A DNA stretch of 64,000 nt from Pelomyxa schiedti (GCA_020536535.1 JAHLWZ010000505.1:171027-235026), one strand, 5' to 3'; counted from the stretch's first letter, positions 49,241-63,979 are shown. The notes: generated by a model from the sequence alone, not told the origin. Numbers and translations: made by a program.

Positions 49241-51330
49241 ATGAGCACATCAGTTTCCATTAAAAACTACATGGCGTCCGGTGTGGGGAGACCCAAGTTG
49301 GGCGTGGAGCCCCGTGACATCGTGTTCGCGTCGTTGGACGAGGAGGTAGTCTAATTGTGGGATTGGGGGTTCTTTTCTTTGTTGTTACACGAACGACGGT
49401 CCTTCCGGGAATCGACGACTGATTTTTTTTTTTTTTTTTGCATTGCAATCCTCCTTGCAGGCAACCTTCAATATCACGAACGAAGGGACGCTCTCGGCCA
49501 TGTTCAAAGTGTTAACCAATGTGATGGGAAGGTACACAGTGCACCCTCCGTATGGTTTCCTTCCTCCCGGAGAATCGGTAACTGCAAGGGGTGTGTGTGC
49601 ACAAAATGTTCCCACCCTATTTCTTTGTTTTGACTAGTTGATGAATGTGACAGTTTGCCTGCGTCACAAGGAGGGAATGGGAGTCTCTGAACCGAAACAT
49701 CAATTGCGTCTCATTGGGGTTCACTCAGACATAAACAACCCTGATATTGTGAGTATTAGGCTTCTTCTTAGATAATTACTTAGTCGTAGGATAGTTAAAA
49801 TCACTTGACTCAAAGACTCATTTCATAACTAACATGGAAGTTATTCATGGTAGGACCAATACAACATCAAGTGCCACAAATACAGGTATTAATACTTCTT
49901 TTTCCAAGCCACTGACAGGGAAAAAAGAAGAGCTGAGGCTATTGAAAAAGGAATTGGAGGAAACAAAGAGGGAGTTACTTGTTGTTACTGGTTGGAGATT
50001 GCAAGACTACTTCTGTCGGTTCCACAGCGGAGAAATGGCACTTGTGGACCTCAACCGGTTGGACCTCGGCACAGCGATATTCCTTGGTGGTGGTCAAAAC
50101 GGGTGTGTCAATAGTGTGGCGGTGATGCCCCAAGTCAACAGCAGCGCGATGACAATGACACCACAGCCAGTGGAGACTGGAGTGAGGGTAGCTCTCAAGA
50201 TGATGCACAATTATTCTGCTGGGATTATGACCAAGCAACAACGGGCCTTTTTTGACAGGGAAGCAGAAGTTGGCCTCATCTATCCGCACTGGTGTTTCTG
50301 CAACATCTTCAGTATCTTCCGAGCTGACACAAAACTTAGCCTCATCCAAGGAAAGCACAATTATGTTCTCGTCAATGACAACCTCCAGTATGCTGATCCA
50401 ACACATCACTGTGATCCAGAGGAAGTTCCCATTTTCAATAGAACTACTTATATCACCATGGAGCTTGGGAAATATAACTTGCAGTCTGTAGTGGCACAGA
50501 CATTCAACAGGTGCGGAGCACAGCAAGGCACAGGAATACCCCCGTTGAGTCATTCTCAACTTATGCAGCTTTCCTTTTGCTTGCTATGTGTATGTAGCCA
50601 CCTGAATTCCAATGGATGGTTCCACAGCGACATCAAGCTTGATAATATTCTTGCAATGGAACGACCCTGCGTGGTTGGCCAGATTTGGGCACTCTGTGAT
50701 TTTGGAACTTCCCTCTACTCTGTTAATGGAGAGTTCCTGTTTCCCCCAGGGGAAACCTTTCCAGGAAATGCAATGAACAGGGCCCCAGAGTGTCACTCTC
50801 CACAGCGGATGCCTTCAGGGTCATGCAAATACATGCTGGGGAAGAATGATGTCTGGGCTATTGGCTGCGTTCTATATGAAGCCGTCTGTGGCCAACACCC
50901 ATACTTCAGGGCAAATCAAATTGACCTCAACCTGCTACTGTCCAAATCAGCAGGGCCTTTCACTGTTCCTTCACCGAGAAGAGACTCCAATACAGAAGTA
51001 TCTGTGCTGGCTTCTTACCTCCTTGAACGGGATCACGCAAAAAGGCCTTCAGCCAAACAGGCAATGCTCGTGAGTGGTGCCCTCATGTTTTTACCACGAG
51101 AGTCACTCTTGGCATTCATAACGAACCACAATACAGCGGCCCTGCACCATCAGATATGGCGTATACATGAAGCCAACCTTCCTGCAATGAAAGTGTGTGC
51201 CGATTCCCACACACCACCAACTGTCAGCCAGCTGTCATCACTTGTGTTCACCAACGAGGCACTGAGGGACTTGGAACTGTTCACTTCCTCCCTGCTTGGT
51301 TTCCTTGACAACTATGGCCAGAATATCTGA
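49241..51330 (+). CDS. MSP (VAP-type) domain fused to a PINK1-like Ser/Thr kinase
   Basis: Three short exons (LGVEPRDIVF; FNITN...MFKVLTNVMGRYTVHPPYGFLPPGES; KHQLRLIG) splice in frame through ...gatag|LKSLDSKTHFITN into ORF 49834..51330. That ORF has GGGQNG, ALKMM, HSDIKLDN, DFG, APE and DVWAIG. The start is 49241 or 49271. Confidence 0.8.
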
Positions 51331-51653
51331 TTCTCAACACCAAAAAAAATCACTGGGGGTGTGTGCATGACACCCAATACTGGTTCCATAATGCTGGAGA
51401 AATTAAATATCTGTAAAGTACTTGATTTTCACTTTCGGGGAATATCATGACTGGAGCAGTGCCCCACCTTTGAGGTCAGTTCTCTTCGTGAAAGCTGTGA
51501 ATTGGGGATGGCTAAACAATCATCAATCACCAACTCCTCAACTTAACCTCCTTTTTGGCATTTACCGGTTTGAAACGCTTCAAAAAAAAAAAAAAGTTTG
51601 GCCACGCCCCCCAAAAAAAAAACTGTTTTGTCTGTTTGTGAGAGAGGGAGTGC

Positions 51654-51901
51654 ATGGACCAGGGACAAGGACAACAGCAACGACTTCTCGAGCAGCTCCA
51701 CTCCCAGGGCATACTCTCGGACCTCGAGTACGAGTCAGCCCTCGCCAGGCTGTCCCTTTCCTCGCCCTCGTCGTCGATGTCGGCTGCAACAGCTGAAGCA
51801 GCACCTCCTCCCGACCAGCCGACGACGTCACTCTCCATCTCCTCCTCTTCCTCCTCGGCCGAAACCCCCTCGTATTCATTTGGTGCCCCAACCACCACCA
51901 C

Positions 51902-51948
<47 letters not shown>

Positions 51949-52982
51949 GCAGTACTGCCAATGACTCCACTTCCTCATCCTCCTCCACCTTTGGTGGCAA
52001 CACCAACACAAACACCGCTCCCTTCGGTGCCACCACCTCCGCGACCCAGCCGCCGCAGCAGCAGCAATTCCTGCCTGCCTCTTCACTTGAGCCCTCGGCC
52101 CCGCCGGCCCCCTTTCCCTCCAAGGTCGCCGACCCCCCCTACATCTCCCCTATGATGCCCATGCCCATGGCCCCTGCGGCTCCCTCCATGTACTCTGGGG
52201 TGGTGCCGCCCTACCCGCCGCAGATGATGCCGCAGGCGCCCCCGCCTCCCATGTACTCCCCGTACGACGGCGTGCCGCCGCCGTACGAGCCGCCCAGCAA
52301 CGTCGCGGTGCCGCCGATGTACATGGGGAATTACTCTGTCGGGCAGACCGGGAGTGGATACTCTCACTCTTCTTCCACTGCCGCTCCGACCTTTTCGACG
52401 CCGTCGCTCACCATGTCGAAGTCTGTTACTCCTGATCTTCCTCGCCCTGTTGTGCCAAAGCCCCCTCCCACAAGTTATGTTGTAGACATGAACCGTGAGG
52501 TACCTAATATAAACACAGCTGTGTACAAACAAACAAACAAACAAAACAAACAAACAAATACAAAAGCAGAGTTATATACAATGACCATACCCTACACTAA
52601 AACATTTTGTGATTATGATACCGAAGCATTTTATAGGATAGACGACTACTTTCCAGTTATACTCATACAAGCACTGTGCGTCCAAGCTCAAGTAGTAGGG
52701 GGGCAGACCTCTGCTCTGTGTGTGCATTGGCTACCGCAGTTAACAGGGTAATCCCTGCAATCACAACCATTACAACATTTTCTTATACCATTACAGTGTG
52801 ACAGCTGTGGAGCATTGTTGTGTGTTGGGTGCCTCGAAAAAGTAAGGTTTAATGGAAACTCTGGAAGCTACTGTCCCAGTTGTGCATCTACCAAAAGAAA
52901 CATCAGGATGGGATGCTTTGCTTTCGGCCTACTCGTCATTATCGTAATGTTTGTAATATTCATAGTAGTCTTTTGTGCTTAG
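51654..52982 (+). CDS. SHOCT-like / Pro-rich / B-box-like zinc finger / C-terminal TM protein
   Basis: N-terminal LEQLHSQGILSDLEYESALARL, then PPxY motifs. The spliced 3' exons read CSVC...CDSCGALLCVGC...YCPSC, followed by FAFGLLVIIVMFVIFIVVFCA*. Confidence 0.65.
51903..51944 (+). repeat. Coding microsatellite (AACAGC)7 encoding an Asn-Ser repeat
   Basis: Directly visible. Confidence 0.95.
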
Positions 52983-53242
52983 CCACATTCCATACTTTTC
53001 TCTTCCTTTGTGTTTCCAAGTTCCTTTCTCGAGCGCACCAAACCAAAAAAAAAGCCATTCATTTGCCGGCTCGTTCTCAGTCTAATAGATCAAAATGCAG
53101 TTGAGTAGCGGGTGAGGTCATTTGATTTAAAAGGAGAAAAAAATAAAATCAAAAGGGAAAAAAAGATCCAAATCTCTCCCATCACGAGACCGCGTCGCGC
53201 CCGGAACACAGCAGCCGACACCACCGCAGATCGACAGGAAAA

Positions 53243-53961
53243 ATGTCGTCAGTAACACAACATCTCGTTCAGACCCAAAAGGCCTTCCAGAAGTATCGCC
53301 CCATCTTCATCGCCGGAAAGCGACAGATCGCCAAGGGAAAGACACCAAAAAAAACCGCCGCGACACGCTACTGGAAGAACATCGGTTTGGGCTTCAAGAC
53401 ACCCGAAATCGCGATCAAGGGTACCGTACCGTTTTCTTTTTTGTGTTTCCACGTAAAACGCTTCAATTTTTTTTCCCAATTTGTTTTACGTTTCGTTTTT
53501 ACCTTTGTACAATGGTATTATTATTACATTATAACATTTTATTCTTAACACCGAAAACAAATCACACAAATGTACCCCTTACGCCGTGCAACTCATTGTT
53601 ACTTTGTGTAACACTTTGACCTCGTAGTTAACTTTTTACAAAAGGTAACTACGTCGACAAGAAGTGCCCCTTCACATCCAACGTGACCATCAGAGGACGC
53701 ATTCTGACCGGCGTTGTCCACAGCGCAAAGATGGAGCGAACCGTCATTGTTCGAAGAAACTACCTGCACTACATCCCCAAATACCAGAGATACGAGAAGA
53801 GACACCGCAACATCCCGGCCCACCTCAGCCCCTGCTTTGACCACGTCAAGGAAGGAGACACTGTGACCATTGGAGAGTGCCGCCCTCTGACAAAGACTGT
53901 CAGGTTCAACGTGATCAAGGTGGACAGGCAGAAGAGAGCTGCAACATTCAAGGCCTTTTAA
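53243..53961 (+). CDS. RPS11: 40S ribosomal protein S11 (uS17)
   Basis: QTQKAFQK...[13 protein letters not shown], intron 53421..53644, then YVDKKCPF...YQRYEKRH...[14 protein letters not shown]. Confidence 0.97.
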
Positions 53962-54123
53962 GCGGATGCCAATGTGAACCAAACAAAAAAAACAAAACTA
54001 AACACCACCTAGAACAAACCACACCACAAGCCTTTTTGGATGTTGTCCCTTTTCCTCTTGGGTTAAAAATTTCCTTCGTGGAATTTGGTCTCAACCAACA
54101 ATGTTTATCTGAAAACCGAAAAA

Positions 54124-56370
54124 ATGGGTAACAGTACTGGAAACCCTTCGCTGCCAGCAACAACCAACGGCCCGCCACCAACCAACAAGGAACCCCAGCC
54201 AAAGGACAAGGCTAAAAGCATTGCACCTGGCAGTTTGGGGGTAGAGCTGATTAGTGTGCTGTCTGGTCCCCACCCGCCTCCCCTTGTGCAGAAAGTCGCT
54301 TGCACCACAGCGCCCAGCGGGAGTGATGCCGATGACGAGGAGGACGACGGGGAGGGGGACAGCGAGTACCTCGAGGAGGACGCTGAAGGAAGCGACGGCG
54401 GGGCGGAGGGGGGCAGGGACAGAGGGCCCGCGAGACAGGGGGCCGGCGGGGGCGGGGGCGATCAGGCGGCAGCCAAGGAGAGCGGGGAGAGCCACTGGAT
54501 GTGCCCGCAGGCCAAGCGAGCCGAGGGCATCGTGCAGGGATGCGGCCCAGGGAGCCGCTACTCCCTGCTGAAATCCCGGGCCCAGGCGCAGGGGCAGGCC
54601 AGGGCGCGGGCGCAGGCGCACTCAGCAGCAGGAGCAGCAGTGGAAGGGCGAGCGGGCGGCGAGGACGGCGCTGCACTGCGTGGCCGAGTCCAAGTGCCTG
54701 CAGTGCATGGGCGTCGTGTTTGGCGTGGACCCGGGGGGGGCCTGTGGCTCCGCAATTGGGAGGGACCGGAGCGCGGCTTGTGGGACAATCGCGGGGTGGC
54801 TCGAGGGCGTGGGCGAGCTGGACATGGCCTGCCGCGCCGTGGACTGGCTCTTGGCTCACAAGATATTCCGGGTCACTGAGGCACTCAACGAACTGTTCGA
54901 ATTCCGGGCAAGAACCTGTGCCAAGAGGCTGGCTTCGTCTCCCAGGGTCACATTCAGGGATCCTTCTTTGGTCACTTCCGTTCCGAATTCAAGCGGTCCA
55001 GCTGATATTTGTGTTGGCAACGCTTTACTGGCTCTTCAAGGTGCCGTGGCCTCTGGTGATGAATGCGTTCTTGAGTATATTATAAATCACATGGGAGAAG
55101 GCTGGCAAAATTGCGACCCTGTAGGAAGACTTTTGCTCACAGCGTGTCAAAAGCTGAATAAAGGCTGTTTGGATATACTTCTGAAACACGGGGAAAATGC
55201 ATCTTCTGCTGGTGGCACACAGGGAATGGAGAGCCTTCTACCATTTAACCCTAACTCTTCCGAAGACAAACGCAAAATAAAAGTTGCCACTTCCATGGCG
55301 GTAATGCTACTCGATAAGGGCTGCAATTATTCATATTTCATTGACACAGCTACACGGGTTTCCAATACATTTCTTCTTGAAAAAGCGATCGCTCAAGGAA
55401 CCTCTGGACTTAAGCGATGTATAGACAGGGCCATCATCGAGTGGGATGTAGCATCAGACACCATTAAACTTCTGGCAACCGCATGTCCAGTGGATACTAC
55501 CGTACTAGTCAAAGCAATAACCCAAAACAAGGCAGGGGTTGTACAGGGCCTTATTGAAGCAGGCGTACCTCTGAATAACACCGTTTCAGCACCCTCAATA
55601 ACGCACAAGGCGGAACGCAGCTCACTACCGCAACGACCTTTATATCCACTGGAAGTTTCTCTTTACCTTGGTCTTCTCCTGCCTTCCATGGAGCTAGTAG
55701 AGGGAGGGGCAATAGTTTCCCCCGAGTCAGCTCTGCTGGATGCCGCCATTTCATTCTGCTTGCGATCATCAAAGCAGTGCGTTTCGTTAATGACACTGCT
55801 TGTCAGTAAGTTTCCAGGACTTGTTGAAGCAAAGAGAAGCCAAAGTCCCACCGACTTGGTTCACACAGCTATTTTCAATAACAACTTTTCTCTTTACCTT
55901 ACCCTGGTAAAGTGTGGTGCCCCAGTAAGCCCAGAATTATTTGAGTATGCAGTAGATAGGTGTACAATCATCGCTAAAGGATGCCCTCCAGGGATGTGCT
56001 CACATGGATCAGTTATTCAGCACCTGTTCAAGGTTAAGCACATCTGGGCATATAAGAGTAGAGACGCACTGCTAGAATTACCGCAACAAATAAGGCACCC
56101 GTTTGAAGTAAGTTCCCCCAATTCGTCGTTCTTCATCCCTAATGAATCCGCAAGGAAGGAATATTCTGCCATCTGGCCATGACTATTCTAGTTGGTGTGA
56201 AGCAGAAGCAAAGTACTATTCACAACTTTCCAATCCTGTTTCTTCTGGATATCCTAGAATACCTCGTTTGGGTTCCGCGAAGGCCACAAGCACCCCAGAA
56301 GTGCCATCATTGCCCAAATGATGACGACGATGGTTACTTGTGGGACTCAGATACAGGCAGTGATTCATGA
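54124..56370 (+). CDS. Divergent ankyrin-repeat protein with an F-box/SOCS-like C-terminal motif (frame break near 54620)
   Basis: Ankyrin-like units RTALHCVAESKC, LLLTAC...CLDILLKHG, LVKAI...VVQGLIEAG and LVHTAI...LVKCGA. Intron 56108..56154 adds the exon EGIFCHLAMTIL...STIHNFPILFLLDILEYL. Confidence 0.6.
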
Positions 56371-56654
56371 AGTGCAGAACACTTCAACTACTACCTTAAG
56401 GCAAGTGATATTGTAACATTGTATGTGCTGGGAGCCTAGAGTGGTAGCTCTTGGCTTGTACTAATTGTTAAATAATGACGGAATTCGTCTTCCTCAGTCC
56501 GTTCTTGTCATTGACATAAGTAAATCCCCTGCGGCGAATCCCAAATCATAAATGATCGTTCATTTGATAAATCTATAAATATTCGACACCACGAACCACC
56601 GGCGACGACCGACAAAGTTTGACCTTGACTGATTAGTAGTAGTACTTGGGACGT

Positions 56655-59600
56655 ATGGCGAAACCGACAACACAGTACACGCGCGATCAGCTGGAATCTA
56701 TGAGTACTTATAACAACAACGCCGACCCGAGTGGCGGCGAAATGTTGCTGAACCCCGAAATGCAGCGACAACTCGATCTCGCTCTGGAGGCCTTTGCCGA
56801 GGCTCAGTCGAACGCAAAGAAGATCGCTCTGGAGGCTGCCGCGACGGCTCTGGCCTCCTCCGGTTTGTCCCTGTATCTTCTCGCTTGATTCTCTTCGCTC
56901 AATTTGCGCCCTTTTTTTTTTTTTTCAAAGGAGGAAATCCCGCATTGCTTCCTGCGCCTGATGGTACACAACCTCCGTCCACGCCGTCAGAAACTGAGGG
57001 TTTTTACCGCGGACCTGGCCGGTCTCGTTATGCTCCGCCAAGCCCACAAGGGTCAGCTCCTGCACTGGGAATGGGACGAGGTGGAACGCACTTCATGCAC
57101 CCTGGTGGACATTACGACCAATCAAGAGCTGATAGAGGCATGGGGCGCGCTTGGCCTTCCAGAGATCATTACTCCAGAGAGGATCACGGTATTTGCTTCA
57201 GTTATAAAAACTATAAGTAATCTGTAATAGGTACAAAACCACCTTACACTGGCCCGCCCTCCACTCCTCCATATCACAACAATCCTTGGAGGCGATCTCC
57301 ATGGAGAAGTGAGCACCCTGGGTCTCCTCAACATCAAGATTTACAGGACCTCCCTTCAGGAAATGCTACTCCAAGTGGAGAGGGCACAACTGGTGACATA
57401 CAGCTTAGGCCACACAGAGCCATCCCTGGTGTGACCTCCCCACCCATTGACGATCTTCAGCGGAAAAACCGCCTTGGTGATGATAATGATAAGAAAGGTG
57501 AGATGGAACTCTCAGGTGTCACAAAACCAGAAGTCACAAGCCCTAACACGAGGCGATGGGAGCAGCCAGGAATTAACGCCAGTCATGCTGCTGAAGCAAA
57601 ATCACTTCCTACAATTCAAAATGATGCTGATCTGCGAGAAAAGAGAGATCCGAAGGAAATTGAAGATAGGGAGAAAAAAGAGGAAATGGAAAGGAAAGCA
57701 AAAGAGGCCCACGAAAGGGAAGAATGGGAACGCAATGAACGTTCTCGTATTCAGCAAAAAGTCGAGGAAGAATTGCAGAAACAAATGCAGCAGCAAATGG
57801 AACAAATGAGATTGGAGCGGGAAAAGCGCGAAGCAGAAATACGGCAGAAGGAAGAAGAACTCAAGAAATGGCAAGAAGATATGGAAAAACAACAAAAGGC
57901 GGTTGCGGAAGAACAACTCAGATTATACCTAATAAAGCAAAGAGAGGAATCTGAGAAAGCGGAACGTGAAAGGGAAGAAAGAGAAAGACAAGAAAAGGAG
58001 AGAGCAGAGAAGGAGAGAATGGAGCGCGAAAGGCGAGAGAGAGCTGAAAGAATAGAAAGAGAAAGGAGAGAAAAGTTGGAACAAGAAAATATAGAACGCG
58101 AGAAAAGGGAAAAGTCTGAAAGAGAAGAAAGGGAGAGAATAGAAAGGGAGAGGCAAATGCAGCAGCAAATGCATTTGCAGCAGCAACAACTCCTAATGCA
58201 ACAGCAGCTACAACAACAACAGTTACAGCGCCAGCAGCAGCAGCAACAACAAAACATTCTTCGCCGTATCAACTCACCACCCCCTCCTGCCCAGATGCCA
58301 ACTGAAATTTTGAGTTTGATTCCACCTTCAGAAAGTACAGTAAAGGGATTAGTAGTGAGTAATTCATTAATTTTCAGGAGTATTTTCTTCTCCCAAGTCG
58401 CCAGAGCGTGTGGCCCCAGTGCAAACTCAAACAAGTCCGTCTGGCTCTTATCAACCACCATATGTCCCCTATTCACCTCCTCAACCTGAGAAACCTGAAG
58501 TGTGTCCCCACCTGTTCCCTGCTACAGTATTCTGACTCACAAAAAAGCAACCACTGACATCCTGGGTTCCTGATCCTGCTATAAGTGTGATGTCTGGCCC
58601 GGTACAGCTTCTTATTCCATCCTCCAAGTAACAGTAAGCAGAAACGTGATCCCTCTCCTTCATGGCCTATGATGCAACAGGGTGCCCCACAGCAGACACA
58701 CTTGATTAACAACGTTGTTCAACCTCCAAGGTAACAATTGCTCTCCTACTCTAATTGTATAATTCGTGGAATTAGACCAAAGGAATTGGAGGAATCACTG
58801 ACTCCAGCACTTGTAAAAATTCTCAATACTCCGAGTATGTGAGCACTCGTCTCCTGTAACCACTTACAATTTTGCAAGTTAATGTCAACTCTTCACCTGT
58901 GCCAGTACCTTCTGTAATTTTCATTTCCTTTTTTTTTTTTTTATGACCAATAAATGTGAAAGCCGGAGCAGACTGTGCAGCACCCACGTTTCACTGTTCA
59001 AGTTATACGGCCCCCAGTCCGTAGTTTGAATTCAATTATGCAAGAGGAACGTGAGGACCAGAAGAGGCGGTTCTATCACATCTCAAGTAAGTTTCTATTC
59101 TAACACTTGCCTCCTAGACAAGCACAGAAAGAGGCAGCCCTCCGGTTGATGCAGCAGCAGCAACAACAACGTGAAGCTGAACGCGAAGCAGCAGCAGCTG
59201 CCGCTGCCGCTGCCGAGGCTTCTGCTGCTGCGTCGGCCACAGCCACACCAAGTGCATGGAATAGGCAGGATGGTGAAGCAAATTCCTCTACAACTCTGAG
59301 AGACATTATGGCTGTACGTGCTTGTATACTTTCTTGCAAACTTAACAGCGCCAGGCCGAAAGGAAAGCAAAAAATATTGCAAGGGAGACCTCCCCAACCA
59401 TAACTACATCCCCCACTACTGAGCCAACTGTTTGGGTTCATTTCCCACCCAATAGGTGAGTTATGCTAACACCTTTAAAGGGAAAGCCTTCAAGCTCTCC
59501 TCCCGTAAAAACTGAGGAAGTGGATGTGAAGAAAAAAAACAAACCCAAAGTTGTTGTTCAAGTTCAGGTATAGACCCATCTCTTCCCTACTTTCCTTAGT

Positions 59601-60757
59601 CATGACTTCTTCAGAAAAAATCCCCTACAGAGACTGCCTCTTCTAATTCCACTAAGAAAAATACTGTAACAGAATCATTCTGGGACATGGATGACGAGCC
59701 TTCACCAAAGCCTACTGTTAGGTACATACTTTTGTGACCTCATTTTTAGTTAATACGATGACAGAAACAAATCTCCTCACGTGGAAACAGAGAAGCCAAT
59801 TAAGCCACAATCTCCATGGAAAATCACCACAAAAGAAACTCCTCTCTCACTTGCTGAGATTCAACAGGCGGAACTTGTTAGAAAATCAAAGAAAGACACC
59901 TCAGAATCGCATACAAGCAATACCTCCGCTCAATCACCACACACTCAAGCCCAGGTGCCGGTCAAAGTAAAAGCGAAAGCACAAACTCAAGCACCAGCAC
60001 CAGCACAAACGCAGCCCCAAGTAAAAGCAAAAGCAAAAGTGCAAGTTCAAGTTAACAAAAGAGTATCACCAGCACCAGCACCAGCACCAACAGCGTCTCC
60101 AACAGGGCACCAACATCCAATATCACCTGCTCCAGTTTGGGGTACTGCGGTCTCACAAAACCAACAGCTGGTCCTCAAGTATGTCCCCATTGTTATTTCT
60201 TATACCAACTTGCAACAGCAGTGAACTTTTCCCTGCTCTCGGCAAAGTCAAACCTACAGAGAAGCCTGTTAATGGTGTGCTGTGCCTTTGCGACACTTCT
60301 TCTTAACTCGTTCAAAGATTACATGGCACTCACACCCCCCGAGCCGTATATTGTAGACTGGTGTTATAGGTGGCTACACACTGCCAGCCCCTCTTCAGGT
60401 TTTTCCCGTTTTTCCCATCTCACCATTTCTTCTGATCCTCACACTCGCGCAGATTTTTCTGGTTTCGTGAGCATCTTACCATCCATTGCTTCCGCGGCAC
60501 AACTACGGCGGCATGCCGAAACACACCTTGGCGCTCTGCCTGGCGGAGTTGCCCACAACTTCAGCGAGAAGTATCTCCACAAGATACAGGACCAGCACCA
60601 AGGGACCAAGAAAACCAAGAAGCCCAAGTCACAGCAGACACAACCCACAGGCACCAAGCAAAAGAGAGGCAACAGAACCGTCATGACAGACCCCTCCCTT
60701 CTTGGCTTCACTTTTGCCAAGCACACGGGTGCTATGGGTGCCGCCGATATGGAATGA
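56655..60757 (+). CDS. GIGYF/PERQ-like translational regulator (low complexity, E/R/K coiled coil, poly-Q)
   Basis: N-terminal QYTRDQL, a long charged coil, repeated SL.EIQ..E / TLRDIM motifs with W, and C-terminal DWC...FVSIL...HAETHLG...NFSEKYL...DPSLLGF. Confidence 0.6.
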
Positions 60758-60936
60758 AGGAAACTATTCCATGTGGAACTAATTTCCTTATGGAAGGAAA
60801 TACAACCCCCAACATTAAACCTCTCCACTCACCAGAGAGTAAAGCAATAAAAAAAGAAAATGTAAATGGCTGAAATATGAATAGTACAGAAGATCGTAGG
60901 GAGTGTGTGCTTTTTGTTTGTTGTTTAGGCCTGGTT

Positions 60937-63051
<2,115 letters not shown>

Positions 63052-63610
63052 TGGAAGTTGGTGGGCGAAGCGGAGCGGGTGGTGGTCTAGGAGGGGAGGG
63101 GAAAGTAGTGCTTATGGGATGGGGCGAGAGGGCTGCGAAAACTCCTGGGGCGACGAGGGCAATTCAGAGATTCGGAAACAAACAGCACAGAATGAGATGT
63201 GTGGAGTAGTTGTGAGTCTTTCGGTTACTCTCTGAGAGAGGAATTACGGTGTTGCTTTGCTGGCGCGTTTTGATGCCAAATGCAAGAAACAGGCGAACAA
63301 AATTCCCGTGCCTTGATGTTTTTGCCAACTCTTGGGTCTCAATCTGAAAAACCCGCAAAACTCTGTGACATGTTGTCAGGGAAATGGTGTTTTGCGCAGT
63401 CTTAACCTCAATGATAAGTTCACAACGCCTAATAAATCAAGGAGCGAACTCGGGGAAGAAAGAAAGAAAGAAAAAAAAAGAATTGGTAATACTTGGTAGT
63501 GTTGGTAGTGCCTCTGTGTGTACTTGTGTTTGAGGTACGATCGCAAACACTCCTCACTTGAGATCTTACTCTGCGTGACAGATTGCTCGAAGTTACTGTT
63601 GTGTATTCAA

Positions 63611-63979
63611 ATGGACAAACAAACGCCGTTGGTTCTCTTCCCACCGCAAACGCAACAAATGGAAGCCCGCAACGCCTTCAACTTTTTTTCCGCTCCCTAC
63701 TCGTCTGTCTCGACGGCGTCGGCCTCGCAAAGCCCGCCAAAGCCGTTGCAGCTGTTCCCGCCCAAACCCGTGCTCCAACTCTTCCCGCCCCCATCCCCCC
63801 CCGCCTCGCAGATCTGCGCTCCTCCCTTGTCGTTCGCCGCACCGCTCCCTTGCTTCCTGCCCTCTCCCTCCCCGTCGCCGTCGCCCTCGTCCCACAATTG
63901 CGGCGCGCAGTCGGTCATCGCACCTCTCAACCTGTTCCCTCCTCCCATCTTCTGCCTCCGCTATCATTATTTGTGCTAG
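63611..63979 (+). CDS. Pro-rich ORF with repeated L-x-L-F-P-P motifs (possibly the first exon of a gene running off the window)
   Basis: ATG in A-rich context, GC3-rich codons, and four LxLFPP copies. Confidence 0.4.
   Translation: MDKQTPLVLFPPQTQQMEARNAFNFFSAPYSSVSTASASQSPPKPLQLFPPKPVLQLFPPPSPPASQICAPPLSFAAPLPCFLPSPSPSPSPSSHNCGAQSVIAPLNLFPPPIFCLRYHYLC

Noticed and set aside
51527-52155. Poly-Leu, poly-Cys and Ala-Thr ORFs on other frames and strands
   Set aside because: They are by-products of the (AACAGC)n microsatellite in the real plus-strand gene.
53421-53644. Unusually long RPS11 intron as a possible snoRNA host
   Set aside because: No C box (RTGATGA) or D box (CTGA) pair and no convincing H/ACA hairpins by eye. 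An Infernal/snoscan search would be needed.
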